Positions 26,213-38,448 of a stretch of 64,000 nt of DNA are shown one piece after another. A program made the position numbers and the translations under genes. Under the pieces are notes generated by a model that worked only from the letters and a program-made list of their open reading frames with translations, ran no database searches and was not told where the DNA came from. Every line of letters starts with the position of its first letter. Within the stretch, counting starts at the first letter, position 1. Origin of the DNA: Marsupella aquatica (lineage: Eukaryota; Plantae; Marchantiophyta); NCBI GenBank assembly GCA_973895155.1, contig OZ316894.1, positions 15,244,699-15,308,698 on the forward strand. Reading direction: 5' to 3'.

Positions 26213-26229
26213 CCCTCCATCTAGTGCCA
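26213..26229 (-). promoter_or_regulatory. Putative primer-binding site
   Basis: TGGCACTAGATGGAGGG, 4 nt after ...GCACCACA; resembles the TGGCGCTAGAAGGAGGG-type PBS recalled from Tat elements. Confidence 0.7.
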
Positions 26230-26233
26230 AAAA

Positions 26234-29200
26234 TGTGGTGCGTCCCATGGCTCCCTAAACCCAAAAAACCCCCCAGCTCAAGCCGATTCCCGCAGGGTTC
26301 GCGCTTGGCGAGGCCGTTTCCGCGGCTTAGCGGCATGGGACGCTGCTAACCTTCTCCTACTACTATTAACATTTTACACACATATACTGGACAGATCCTT
26401 CATCGGGTCATGAGATACGTAGCCGGCCTAATCTAGGCCTTCCCTCGTCTTCCCCTCCGTTTTGTTAGGTATGTTTGGATTCCGCCGCCGGAATGATCCC
26501 CAATAGGCTTGGTTAAGCCGCTAAGACCTCTCTCAGCTCGACACATCCAACTCTCACTCCCCTGCTTACTTTCCTTCCTTCTGGTTGATGTGGGCACTCT
26601 TCACACAAGTTAATGTGACACACAAATAGCAAAATGACTCATTCTGACTGAGTCATACCATGCACTTGCCATACAAACAGTACATCTCATACACAAGTTC
26701 TGCGAACTAAGCCGTGAGGCCAACTCTATTCAGCTCTTAGGCATGAGGAAACATGAATATACACAAGGGTCACTGTATGACTAACCGAGAGCTTCTCTTA
26801 CTACTTGATCCCAGCCCGGCTGGTGCAAACTAAAAACTTGCTAAAGAAGAGGCCCTGAGCTTCCCGCTGCCCAGGTATTTATCCTGGTAGTGGATCCGCC
26901 TAATTCTTTGCAGCGTAAGCCTAGTCTACCTAACAGTAATCTACCTGCCCGAAACTACCTATGTACAGCAAGGCAGGAGCACAAGTGTTGCTCCTACCAG
27001 TGGAACCACAATCCCACTAAGCTAAGTGTCAGGGCCGCTCCTGGTCCTGATCCTAATCCTAAACTTGGAGATCAGCGCCCGCCCTGCCCACTCACGCCTC
27101 CTCCCTCCACGTCCGCTCTTCCTAAAAGGAACGGCACCCTTGCACCGTCACGACACCGGTGGTGGATCCTCGATGGACGCCCCCAACGCTTCCTCCTCAG
27201 CCACTGCCGTAGGTTCGTTTTCTGACAGATTACCTGCCCTTGACTGAGTCAACTCTCCATCGGCCTGACTGGGTCCACCATTGGCGTCGGCATCGGCTCG
27301 GGAATCATTCACGGCTATGGCCTCAGCCTCGGCTACGGTTTCCCCGACTTGCTCAAGAGGCGGATCTGGGATACCGGCCTCATGATTGAGTAGTTTGGCT
27401 TGGGCCGCACCTTCCCCACCCTTGGTGATAGCGGGATCTATTGCCGTGTTCATGCCGGAGGTTGGTGCTGGGTCTACCTCCTTGGTCACCACGGCCAGTG
27501 GAGTCGTATTACTCCTTGACCTTGAAGGTTTCCGCTTCTTCTTCTTTTCTGGTTCGGCAGCTGGTCCCTTCCCCTTCCCACTTACTTCCGGCACTGGTGC
27601 AGGTGGCGCGGCTTTTTCTTCGGCCAGTACCACTCCTGGTAACTTGGTTTCCCCAATTGGAGTTGGGCCTGATGAAGACAAGCACTTAAATACTGCGGCT
27701 TGTTTCTTCAGCCGCTCTGTTTGGTTGTCGGCCCGCCGCTGGAGGTTCTCCATCTTCCTCGTGATTTCCTCCAACTCCTCCTGGGTCTCATCCAGGTCCT
27801 TGCGCGCCTCCTCTAGTTCCTTCTGGGCTTCCTCCCGTTCTTTCTTCAAGGTAGCCCTCTCCTCCCGGGTTGCTCTTAGCTCCTTGTCGAGCTCTGCAAT
27901 GATGACAGACTCCATCTGATTCATCTTGGCGTAAGTCTGATCGAGCATCTCGTCCTTCTCCCTTAGGTCGGCCTTGAAGCTGGCCGTCAGGGACGCAAGC
28001 TCCTGCTGCAGCGCCATAATCCCTTGATAGGATTTTCCTAACTCGGCCTCCTTTTGCTCAAGGGCTCCGCGGATTTTCTTGAGCTCCCCCTTCAACGCCC
28101 ATTCCTTTCTTTGGGTCTCCGCCATGGCCCGGCTGTTGGCTGTTATGTGGGCCTCCTCTGCATTCCTTAGCTCTCGCTTCCACTTCTCCCTCTCTTTGAT
28201 CGTATCGGCCAACTCTCCCTGCGTCTGAGTCAGTTTATCCTTGATATTCTGATTATCAGCCTGCGCGGTGTCCAACTGCCCCTGCATGATGTTCAGCTCA
28301 TGCCGTTTAATCCGTAGTTCATCTTGTGCTTTCTTGGCCGCCCTTAGATCTTCAATCTCGGCTTCCATCCTCCTAAGCCGCCGAATGACCTCATCCTTCT
28401 TGCTTCTCTCTAAAGCCACCGCTTCTTCTAACTGGTGCTTCTCCAACTGCTCCCTATGGAAAAAGGGTCCTACCTCCAACTCCTCTCCAAAGATGCTGAG
28501 CGCAAGTTCCCCACACATCTCACCATACTCCATGGCTCTATTCTTAGCGTAGGTGGAGTAAGTAGAAGTGATCGGCATCGCCCATCACGGCCTCTGCTCC
28601 CAAGCCGTCTTGCAGATCTCTTCAATCGTGGCTAGAGGTTTGCTTCCTTTTTCGGCTAGCCGCCTGATGTCCTCCGGCCAATCTCCTCCTGGCAAATCCT
28701 TTTCCCTGGCCAGGGCTGCCTTCTCTTCCTGCCTGATTCGCTCCTGAAATTTCTGCGCCGTCTGTTTTATGCCGTCAAAGCTCGGGGGAGCAACATCTGG
28801 TGGGGGAGACTCAGGGCTACTCTGCTGGTTGGGGTCCCCTCGTACTACCCTTGGAAGTGTGGGGACAAACCGGCCACAGGTCCTTACTCCTGGAACGTGA
28901 TGGGCCGACCCATAGCCGGAGTTATCATGGCTGCAGTCTCCACTGCCTCCTCTACTTCTTGGACTTCCGGCTTCTCCCTCTCCTCTTCGTCCGTAGGAGC
29001 TTCAGGCAATTCAGCCTCAGATTCAGAGCTTGAGACTCGCACATACATTCGAACACCTGGCTTGGATTCCGGCCTGATTCTCTCCTTGTTTCTAGCAAAG
29101 GGGTTTTCTTTTGTGAGCCGGTGTAGGCCTACCTCTGGAGTAGTGTCCTGCATTGTTGCCGTTGCCGTTGTTGTTGCCGATGCCGATCTCTTTTCTTTCT

Positions 29201-30903
29201 CCAGTAGTTTCAGCAGACTCTGTATGCCTGGTTGCTGCATCGGCAAGTCCTCCTTCCTTGGCCTAAACACCTGCTCGATCGTAGGGCTACCAGGTGGTTG
29301 AGGCTTCTCTGCTACCGGCCTCGGTGCTGGAGCTTCCTCGGGTGCCCTTACCTACAGGGGAAGTACTCGGGCAAAAGTCTGACCTCTGGCATACCGGCAC
29401 AACAGCGGCATGTGATAGCCAAGCCGCGACACGCTCCCCATGCCGATTACCTGCTGCTCCTCCTTCAAGATTTTCTTCAATTGGTTGAGGAGGTACCCGT
29501 TGTAGTCCCGGCTTGGGTCTGGCCTCTCTGCCAGATAGACTTGTGCCTTGCCGATCTCTGCCCTCGGCAAGTTACAATGCATGGTCACCCGCAAGAAGTC
29601 GATCATCTCTCCTATGTGCGGGTTGGTGCAGGTGTTCCGGAAGAAGCCATTCTTCGTTGATGGCCCGGGGAACGACCGGAACTCCTTGTCAGGCAAGGTC
29701 TTCCTTGTATCAACTTTGGTCTTATTGCCTATCGGCAAGCCAAACACTTCGGCAATCACTTTGGGAGTAAGATAGAAATCATTCCCATATATCCTCGTGC
29801 AATTGGTCTCGGGTTCCCATGACCCCACGAATTCTAATAGGTCTGAATCCGGTACTTCCGGCTTCAGCCATGGTAATCTTACAAAGGCCTCTAAGCCGGA
29901 TCCGGCCATGAAGCCTTGGTACTTCTTGGTCTACATGGCCGTAAAGCATGCATCCTCCTCCCGTGCAAAATGTAGTTGCACCTCCACCGGTAGGGTTGCC
30001 GCCCAGCCCTTCCAGGTGTCATCCCTGGTTGGAATGGCCTTGATGGGATCAACCTCCTCCTCTTCGGCTTCTCCCTGCCTCCTCATCTATTGCTCGGCTG
30101 GCTTCTTTGGTGCCGCCGACCTTGTTCTTTTTGCCGGGGTGGCTTCATCGTTGACGGCTCCCTTCCTCTTCATCTCTGCTGCCGTGGAGGTTTCTCCTAG
30201 CACCGTTGCCTGGGTCCACCTTTCCGTGCTACCCTTCAATTCCCAGTGTATGTCATTGCAGTTCTTGATGGCCTCTCGGATACCGACGACGCTGTCTTTG
30301 CAAAACAGAAGATCGTCGAGCTGATTGGAAGTAGGAGTCCACAAGAACTCGTCCTTGATGAGTTTGCCTCCTAAGAAAGCCGTCTTCTGCAGCTCCCACA
30401 ATCGAGCGAGCTCCTGCCGTTCTCGAGCTGCCCTTTCTGATTCCTCGTCCTCGTAAGTCTTGATGTACTCAGTTGCCCGTTCGAACAGGTATCCCCAGAA
30501 ATGTGCTGCTTGATTGACGTTGCTCATACCCTCCTTAGGTCGATCGTCGGTATCTACTCTCTCCCCGAGTGCTTGCCTAAGCAGCTGTCAGTAGTTGGCC
30601 TCCCGTAGTCGTCTGCCTAGTTTGTGCTCACAAATGAGCCACCATCTCCTGCAAGCGCTCCTTACCCCTCTCCTCTTCCGGTTTTTCCTCCCGTTGATCC
30701 TTCCTAGCCGCCGACGCTTAACGCGCCCTAACCCTAATCGAGTTTTCACCCCCAGCGTCCTTACCCCCGGCCTCGGCCCGGGTTCCATAGTCGCCCCTAA
30801 TTGTTTATATTTTCCTTGTTTTGTCCCTATACTAAGGTGTTTGAAGGGTGCACTCTTGCTTTACCCACTTCACTGGCCGAGTGATTCCTGGCTAGGCATC
30901 ACA
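26234..30903 (-). repeat. Putative 4.67-kb 5' LTR
   Basis: TGTGATGC...GCACCACA termini (8-bp inverted repeat, 1 mismatch) followed by the PBS; second copy at 10181-14840. Confidence 0.72.
27148..30527 (-). pseudogene. ~1100-codon accessory ORF inside the LTR (Athila-ORF/plant-transposon-protein-like domain plus long coiled coil)
   Basis: ORFs 30087-30527, 29352-29909 and 28884-29270 share one frame separated by point stops; frameshift(s) then lead to 27148-28578. Confidence 0.8.
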
Positions 30904-31988
30904 CATCCTGAGGCAGATGGATTGGTAGAGAGAGTTGTACAAATTGTGAAGAGAGGATTGCATAAGTATGGCTTGCAGGTTGGTCATTTGGAAGATTGGG
31001 ATCTCCATCTACCTTGGTTAGCTATGGGCTATCGTTTCACTCAACAAGCATTACTTGCATCATTCTCACCTTATTTCTTGCTCGATGGTAGAGAGCCAAA
31101 TTTGCCAGCGGCTATTCGTTGTGATGTGGCAATTGTTATGGATTTGGATGATCCTGATGTTTAGGTCAAGGTGTATTCAGAGAGGGCACAAGTTTTTGAG
31201 AGAGTCATGCCCATGGCCTTTGACAACCTTGTCGTTGCTCAACATCGTGATACTTTGATGTATGCCACTATTTGTGGAGGAGATATCATGTGAGGATTCG
31301 ACAGTTTGATCCTCGTGATTTTGTTTATTTGCAGCAAATAGCACCAATAACACTTGATGTGACCGCACATCGGACAATCTTACGTGTGCGTAAAGTGTTG
31401 TCTTCTGGTGTCCTAATGTTGGAAGGACAGGATGGTATGGTTTGGAAGGATCATGTGTGCAATTGTGCACCATGTCATCTTTCAAACATTGATGGTACTG
31501 TAGATCCAAGCTTGGCTCAAGTTTATGCCGGCTTGAAGTGTATGTTGTGTGGATCTGCTCAAGGAGCAGCCACTATGTTGATTTGTGATAAGTGTTCTAG
31601 AGGATGGCACATGTCGTGTTTGACACCACCGTTGGAGGTGATTCCTAGTGGATCATGGTTGTGTCCTCAATGTTGGTGAAGCCAACTAGTTACCATTTAT
31701 GTTCTCATGGAAAGTATAGATTGTAGGAAGGTGATCGATGGGGCACCATTGCACCCGGCCTCCTAATCTTCACACTTGAAAATCTGTATACCAACCTTGT
31801 AGAACTTGTGGCTAGTTAGAGTTAGGGGACCTCACTGCTAGCTAGGGGGCGATTGTGGGTTTTGGACATGTGTAGATAGGAGTTCCACTTGTACTCCATT
31901 CTTTTATGTTTGTGATGTTGATTGTGATTATGCTTAGATGTGTGTGACAAGCGATGTATGTTGTGTAGCGATGTGTATGCGCACGACA
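30904..31988 (+). mobile_element. 3' end of PHD-finger gypsy element (integrase C-terminus, PHD, PPT, 135-bp LTR 31854-31988)
   Basis: HPEADGLVER integrase motif; C4HC3 finger at 31539-31673; AGGGGGCGAT then TGTGGG...ACGACA; homologous to 62516-63600. Confidence 0.88.
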
Positions 31989-32000
31989 GAGAGTACGACA

Positions 32001-34415
32001 TCCTAAACTATAATACAAGGTTGCGCCCTTTTATACCGTGGTCATCATTCAAATATAGAGTGTCCAAAAAAAGATTCCAGCAAAAGAAGAAGGAATAAAT
32101 AAAAAATATTAAAGTTTAGTGTGAATGAAAGGGGCACGAACACTCTGCAAAAAGGAAACACTCAAATGAGACAACCAAAATGGGAAATGATTAGTAGATA
32201 AGCCCATGGAAGCACAAGGATCAATGTAGATCCCTCTACTTTCCATCAATGCACAAGTGAGAACAAAAAGTTGTTTTCAATGCAAGTCAAAAATGTATTA
32301 TTTATCTTCCATAGTTTTTGTGATAATTATCAAAAACTACAATACACTATGGCACCAATTTATACCATGGTCGTCTTTCAAAATTGCCAGGCCGTTTTGG
32401 ATAAAAAAACCAAACCGGAAAAAATTGAACTGATAAGACAGAAAAACTCAAGTGGAGACTCAAGCCGTCACTTGGATTGCAGTGCCGCAAAGTCAGCACC
32501 AAGCCGCTGCAAGTCGTGATCCCCCCAGCGACCAGCCCTGCCCAGCTCGCGGCTGCCAATGCTGGCTGGCTGGCTGGCTCTGCCCTCTGCCTCCCATGCC
32601 ACCTTTTGCCTCCCCACCTTGCGGCCCCTCCTCCTGACTCCCTCCTGCCCCTCCCACCTCCCCACCCCACTCTCCCTCCTCGCGCTCCCCCACTCAACCC
32701 TAAAACCCTGTCTCGATGACCCACCCAATCCCCGCCCTCTCCCTCGCCTGGACTTGGTCTTGCCCTTGCCTGGACTCGGTCTTGTGTCTTGGACTCGGAC
32801 TCATGCCTAGACCGAGGCCCGGGTTCCTACTGGGTTTTTCTTGTCCTCGCACATGGAGACTTGACAAAATGCAACAATCCTCTGCCCTAACTCATCTCTA
32901 ATATTATTGGAGTTTTTTTAGTTAACAGTCAACATATTTTACTTGACAACACCTTTTACTAACGATGTCCCATTACTTACCCACATATTTCAATTGGTGT
33001 AACCACATCTTTGACATAATGACATCTTTTACACATGGCATATTTTTACTTAACGACATCTCTGACGCCATGACATATGTTTACTTAACAACATCTTTTA
33101 TGGAACAGTATTTTTGGTGCAAGGCATGGGTATTGAGCTATTAACTTCTATAATACAAGGTTGTGCCTTTTTTGCCATGCTCATCAGTCAAATTTGCAGG
33201 GCACAAAAAATAAGAAATCTGGTAGAACGAAGGAATATAAATAAATAAGTTTTAGTCTAGTATGAATGAAAAAGAGTCACACCAATGTCCAAGTAGGAGG
33301 AATCAAATGGGATAAGTAGACTAAAAAGGGACGTCACTAACACAATGCACAAGGATCAACGAGAAAATATTGTACATACTCAATAAGGTGTAGATACTCC
33401 ATAGAGTGAGATAGTGCATAGTTTAGTGTAATATTGGTAGGAGTTAAATTTCAGATACTATTTCAGTCAATAAGGGATTACATACACTAATCAAATAAAA
33501 TAATAATTCTCCCAATATTTAGGATGATAATTTGTTACATTCCTTTTTTTGTGCCACTTTCACTGCCAAAAAATTAAAAAACTATAAGGTCTAAAGACAT
33601 AGTAAAGATCATGGCACTGACATTGATGGCAAGGTGTCGGGCGAGGGGCATACTTTTACTTCATTACATCTTTTTACTTCACAATATCTTTCACATAACG
33701 AACCATTTGGCACCACATCATCTTTTTAGTCAACGACATCTTTTTATTTATGACATCTCACATAACAACATCTTTGGAAAAACGACTTCTTTTTTGTTAA
33801 CGACAATGTTTTACTTGACAACCACTATTTACTTGATGACAACTTTTTACTTGACGACATGTTTGGCAAAATGACTTCTTTTTTCTTAACGACATCTTTT
33901 ACTTGACAACATCTTTCACATAACTACATCTTTGGCAAAACAACTTCATTGTTCTTAACTACATCGTTTTACTTCACGACATCTTTTACATAACGACATC
34001 TTGGGCGACATAACATCTTTTGTGCACCGCACGGGTATTGAGCTATTTTGTACTTAACAACATTGTTATACTTAACAAAACCTTTGGCATAACGCGTTAC
34101 GACATCATTGGCAACACGACCTCTATTTCTTCCACAACCTCTTGGCCGGCACAACATCTTTTGTTCTCAACGACTTCTTGGCCGACACAACATCTTTTGT
34201 TCTCACCAACATCTTGGGCGACACGACATCTTGGGCGACACGACATCTTGGGCAACACGACATCTTGGGCAACACGACATCTTCTTCTCAACGACGTCTT
34301 GGCCGACACATCATCTTTCTTCTCAACAACCTCTTGGCCGACACTACATCTTTTGTTCTCAACAACATCTTGGCCGTCACGACATCTTTTGTGCAACACA
34401 CGGGTATTGAGCTAG
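32001..34415 (+). mobile_element. Composite non-autonomous Helitron
   Basis: A|TC start at 32001; 5' motif CTATAATACAAGGTTG repeated at 33148; GTGC-N3-(G/A)CACGGGTATTGAGCTA(G/T)-type ends at 33141, 34046 and 34415 (last is CTAG|T). Confidence 0.75.
33650..34390. repeat. Degenerate minisatellite (ACGACATCTT-based, ~15-20 bp units)
   Basis: Many ACGACATCTT/ACAACATCTT copies, best preserved at 34200-34290; related array at ~32925-33110. Confidence 0.85.
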
Positions 34416-36033
34416 TAAAATATAATAAATTGTTTTGTAAATATGATATACACTCTTGGGAGGTTGACTACCAAAATCTTAGGAATCATGCGTGATCCAA
34501 AATAGGTTATTTAAATCATATAAATTATCTAAATTCTTAAAAAGCATAGGAGACAAAAGGGTGTATTATAAACTCACATTTATAGATTGTTATCTAATAT
34601 GTATATTTTATAAAGTACTTAAAATAGATTATTAATATTGAATATAAGGAACATTCTTGATTTTTTTTAATAAATATTTAGATATATTTATAGTAAACTA
34701 GGGTCCCATGTGGTACCCTAAAATATATACTAAGTTAACCTTCTCAGTATACACATATTCATTTGTTATTGTAAATGATAGAATTATATATAACATTGAT
34801 GATTGATGTGAAACACTTGATGTAAAACTAATGTGACAAATGATTTTGGCACAATGGCATCAGTAGTTACAGTAGCTGCCAGCCCAAGGACATTTGAATG
34901 CATTCCTTCAGGTTGCCCCCTCAGCAACTTAGTGGATTTGTCTGAGCAATGGATAGCGAACAGCAGGAAGGTTCCAAACATCTTTGAGGACTTGTTAGGT
35001 CACTAGCTTGATAGGGGACATATCGAATGAGCAATCTTCCATTGATTGCCCATTCCAATATATTGTACTTACACTTTTGTTGTAACTCACTTGAAATTTA
35101 TGGTCCTGGAGCTCATAACATACCATGCCGATAGCTTTGCCACTTTTATACTAATGTAAGTTATATTACGAGCAGTGGGCCGTGCGCACTCACCAATAGA
35201 TTTCTCACAAATATTCTACAAACTCAAGTCTCACCATATAGTATACTAATTATTGTGTGCCAATTTGGAACTGACATTTTGCTTCTAGTTTTGTGGGCCA
35301 ATTTTTTATCCCAGGGATCATTTGCAAAAATGGAATTTCTATTGAGACCTGTGGCATATCTGAGTGTAGTAAAAGATACACAATTTTTTTCTTGTAGTAG
35401 CAACTGATGTGGGTAGTGCACTGGTTAGCACTCACCTGCACTTGAGCCCTTTTTACAGGGTGGACCCTATAAATCAAAAGGGTGCATTTTTGTTGTGTGC
35501 AGATATCAGAAAAATTAGGGGGTTACAAAGCAGGTGAGTAACGTACCTTACCATTCTATTTCTACTCCAATTGTGATGATGTTCTCACTTTAGGGGGATA
35601 TGTCTATTCAAGGAAAAACATGAGGAACATGATGAAAAAAAGGACCTGGCCAGTAGTTTCCCCCTTGGGAATCAACATTTGGGGTTGTAATTTATTTGGG
35701 CACCGCCTGTTTGGTGCAGTAGCATGGCAACAGCAAGGACAACAGGCTTTGTATATTTTAATTTACACTTATTAAAATTTACAGTTTGCAGCATAAGTAG
35801 AAGTTTTGTTGTGCAAATCTAGAGTTATACTAGTGGAACCCCAGGACAAGTCCTTTCCAATTTTTCTGGTCTCTTGTTGGGTCACAACATTGATTTTTGC
35901 CCCAAGCCCAACTGGGTATGTCTGAAGTGTTCATAAACACTCCGTTTCTGTGGTTGGAGTTTTCATAAGTTCATGTTTGGGGCAACATCGGCAAAATAGG
36001 ATACACCCAATGACTGTAAAGAATTGAGAAAAT

Positions 36034-36472
36034 CAGCTTTTTACTATGCTTTCCCCCCAAACTAGCCTAATTTCATAACCTGCCCCCCAAACAAATTAAA
36101 TTGCTAAGTTGCCCCCCATTCCGTAGATCCGTTTAGGCATACCCAGTACATGGTCCCTGGTGCCACATGGCAAGTCGCCACTGGTCCGGGCTAAGCCCTG
36201 CCCCTCTACCCCTTCCCCATCGAGGCACTCCCGTCGCTGGCCCGAACAAAGCCCTCCCGCAAATGACCCGTTTTTGGCCCCTCGCCTGTACTTGTGAGAA
36301 CGCAGCCCATGCTTAGCCTGGACCAGTGGCAACTTGCCATGTGGCACCAGGGACCATGTACTGGGTATGCCTAGACAGATCTAGGGAATGGGGGGCAACT
36401 TAGCAATTTAATTTGTTTGGGGGGCAGGTTATGAAATTCGGCTAGTTTGGGGGACAGGATAGTAAAAAGCTG
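36034..36472. mobile_element. Mutator-like MITE (439 bp, ~160-bp TIRs, 10-bp TSD)
   Basis: CAGCTTTTTACTAT...ATAGTAAAAAGCTG; TTGAGAAAAT at 36024-36033 and 36473-36482. Confidence 0.92.
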
Positions 36473-38448
36473 TTGAGAAAATTTCAAATTGCAACAAAAA
36501 CTACAAAGAATGGGAATGGGAATGACATGTAACCATTACATTTTGGATTGAAGAAAGAAAATAATTCCTTTAAAAACTATGAGCGAAATAAGTGAAATCA
36601 ATCTTTCACACAATCCACTATTATTGAATATATCAGTTTTTAAATTAGAAAATAATATCAACGAACTGGTGCTGGTGGGTGTGGCTGCCAATATCACCCT
36701 CTCCCTCTTTCAGTTTCAATTTCAAGAATTTTTGAGCATTTTGCTGCAAACATTGACTTTTCAATGTATACATTAATTATTTATAAAAATTAAAAAGCTA
36801 GGAAAAATTATTAGAACATGTACTACAGTAGTTTACTCATGAAAACTACATAAGTAACGGGACCACAAAGAAAATTTAAAAAGGGGACCACAAATATATT
36901 ATAAAAATTTCACAGCCAGGGTGTAGTGGACTGGTGCGCCAAACAGCTTCACATTTGTTGTAGTTTCACACTTTGAGTTGCTGTGATTTTGAACTCAATT
37001 GCTGCTTCAGGGAATACCATGGGGCGAACTTTGACAACATCAGCTAGGAAGAAGTCGCAAGGTGTGTGTGCCCGTCAGCAAACTGTCACAACTTGCTCTG
37101 CCTTGTCATACCAGGGCGTACATCCGTCCGTATTGGGATGGAGGCGGATGTACACGGAAATGTCTTGGAGAACCGCTTTCGAACTTTCCTCAAGACCCCT
37201 GGGAGTGTGGGAAAGAAAGGGTGACCCATGGAAAACAAGCCATTCGGTAGTCTTGCGAGGTGAGATCCCCCACCCCTTGGAAAGTGATAGCGTGTTCCAA
37301 TACGTTTGAATGGTGAACCGCTTTCGGGCAAACTTTTTTCTTAGAGCAAAGTTCATTGGACAGTGTAGATCCAGGCCAAGTTTTGTTCTATCTAGGGAAA
37401 TACTAGACAATGAAACGAAACTGTGGAATGCATCCAAAGTCCAAACAGTGAATCATCATTGATTCCCCGCAGGATGCCTCCAAAGTCCAAACAGTGAAAT
37501 CATCTTGATTCCCCGCGAGAATGCATAATTATACAGTATCAGACAAACTAACTTGAGGAACTAATAAAGGGAAGCCACTCCTGGCTAAAAATATATCTCG
37601 GGATGCGGTGATCGCGCGCGAAACGTCGAGTGTGGTGGTAAGCACACAGCGGTTAGCACGAATCATTATTCTTCTCGGTGCGGCGTGTTCCCATCTTGCG
37701 TCGCTGTCGCTCTGTTTGCCATTATCACGTCCCCACCTTCTTACCATTTCGGTCTAAACATTCGCTGCCTGTAGCCAGCAACCCGAAAGAATTCTCACGA
37801 GTTTGGTGAGTCGACTGAGTGATCGAATGTGAAGAGGGAAAGAGGGGCGATTGATAGATTTTGAAAGTTCGCTCCGCTACGAGAAAAGAACCGAAGCACG
37901 TGTGCTATGCACCGGGGTTTATCCATGTTTATCGTCTCGTTCGAGTGCATAAGGTACGTAAATACGATTGACTATTGTCTTGGAGGTGGGTTGTTAAGGA
38001 CTCCTGGTAAGCATGCAGGTATGGGGGAGGGTCAAAGACGCTCAAAATATGTCTTTGTCGTCCTTCTTCCTTCTGCGAGCACAGCAATCTCGTTGGTTGG
38101 ATGGTGCCCCTACAGCAATGCGAGGCAATGCCATATCCGACGGAGGATCTATTGGATCTGGTAGCTACGTTTGCCGTAGTCGTCTGTTTAAGTCTCTTTG
38201 GATCTATGCAGGCATAGCTTCAGTGGGCAAGTGAAAGGTCAGGGTTGGAATGTGAAGGGCTTTGTTGAGGCTGGACAAGGGGAAGGCTCCTTTCTGATGA
38301 AGAGTAGATTAAGCAGAACCGTGAATTTGTCTTCGGTCCAGTGATCCTGACGTCTGTTCTCCTGGTCTTGTGAGAAAAAGCGACAAGCTGACTCGAGTCT
38401 CTTGCTTGCAGGCCGTGCTGCTAGCTGTGGTGCTGATATTCTTCAGGA

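Larger units (their letters stand above)
19709..30903 (-). mobile_element. Ty3/gypsy non-chromovirus (Athila/Tat-like) LTR retrotransposon with truncated 3' LTR
   Basis: Order gag-PR-RT-RH-INT, PBS, PPT; ~300-bp near-identical repeats at 19709-20009 and 30603-30903. Confidence 0.92.

Noticed and set aside
36983-37437. ORFs with a faint transposase-like IRLHPN...PWYD motif
   Set aside because: Weak similarity and no supporting structure.
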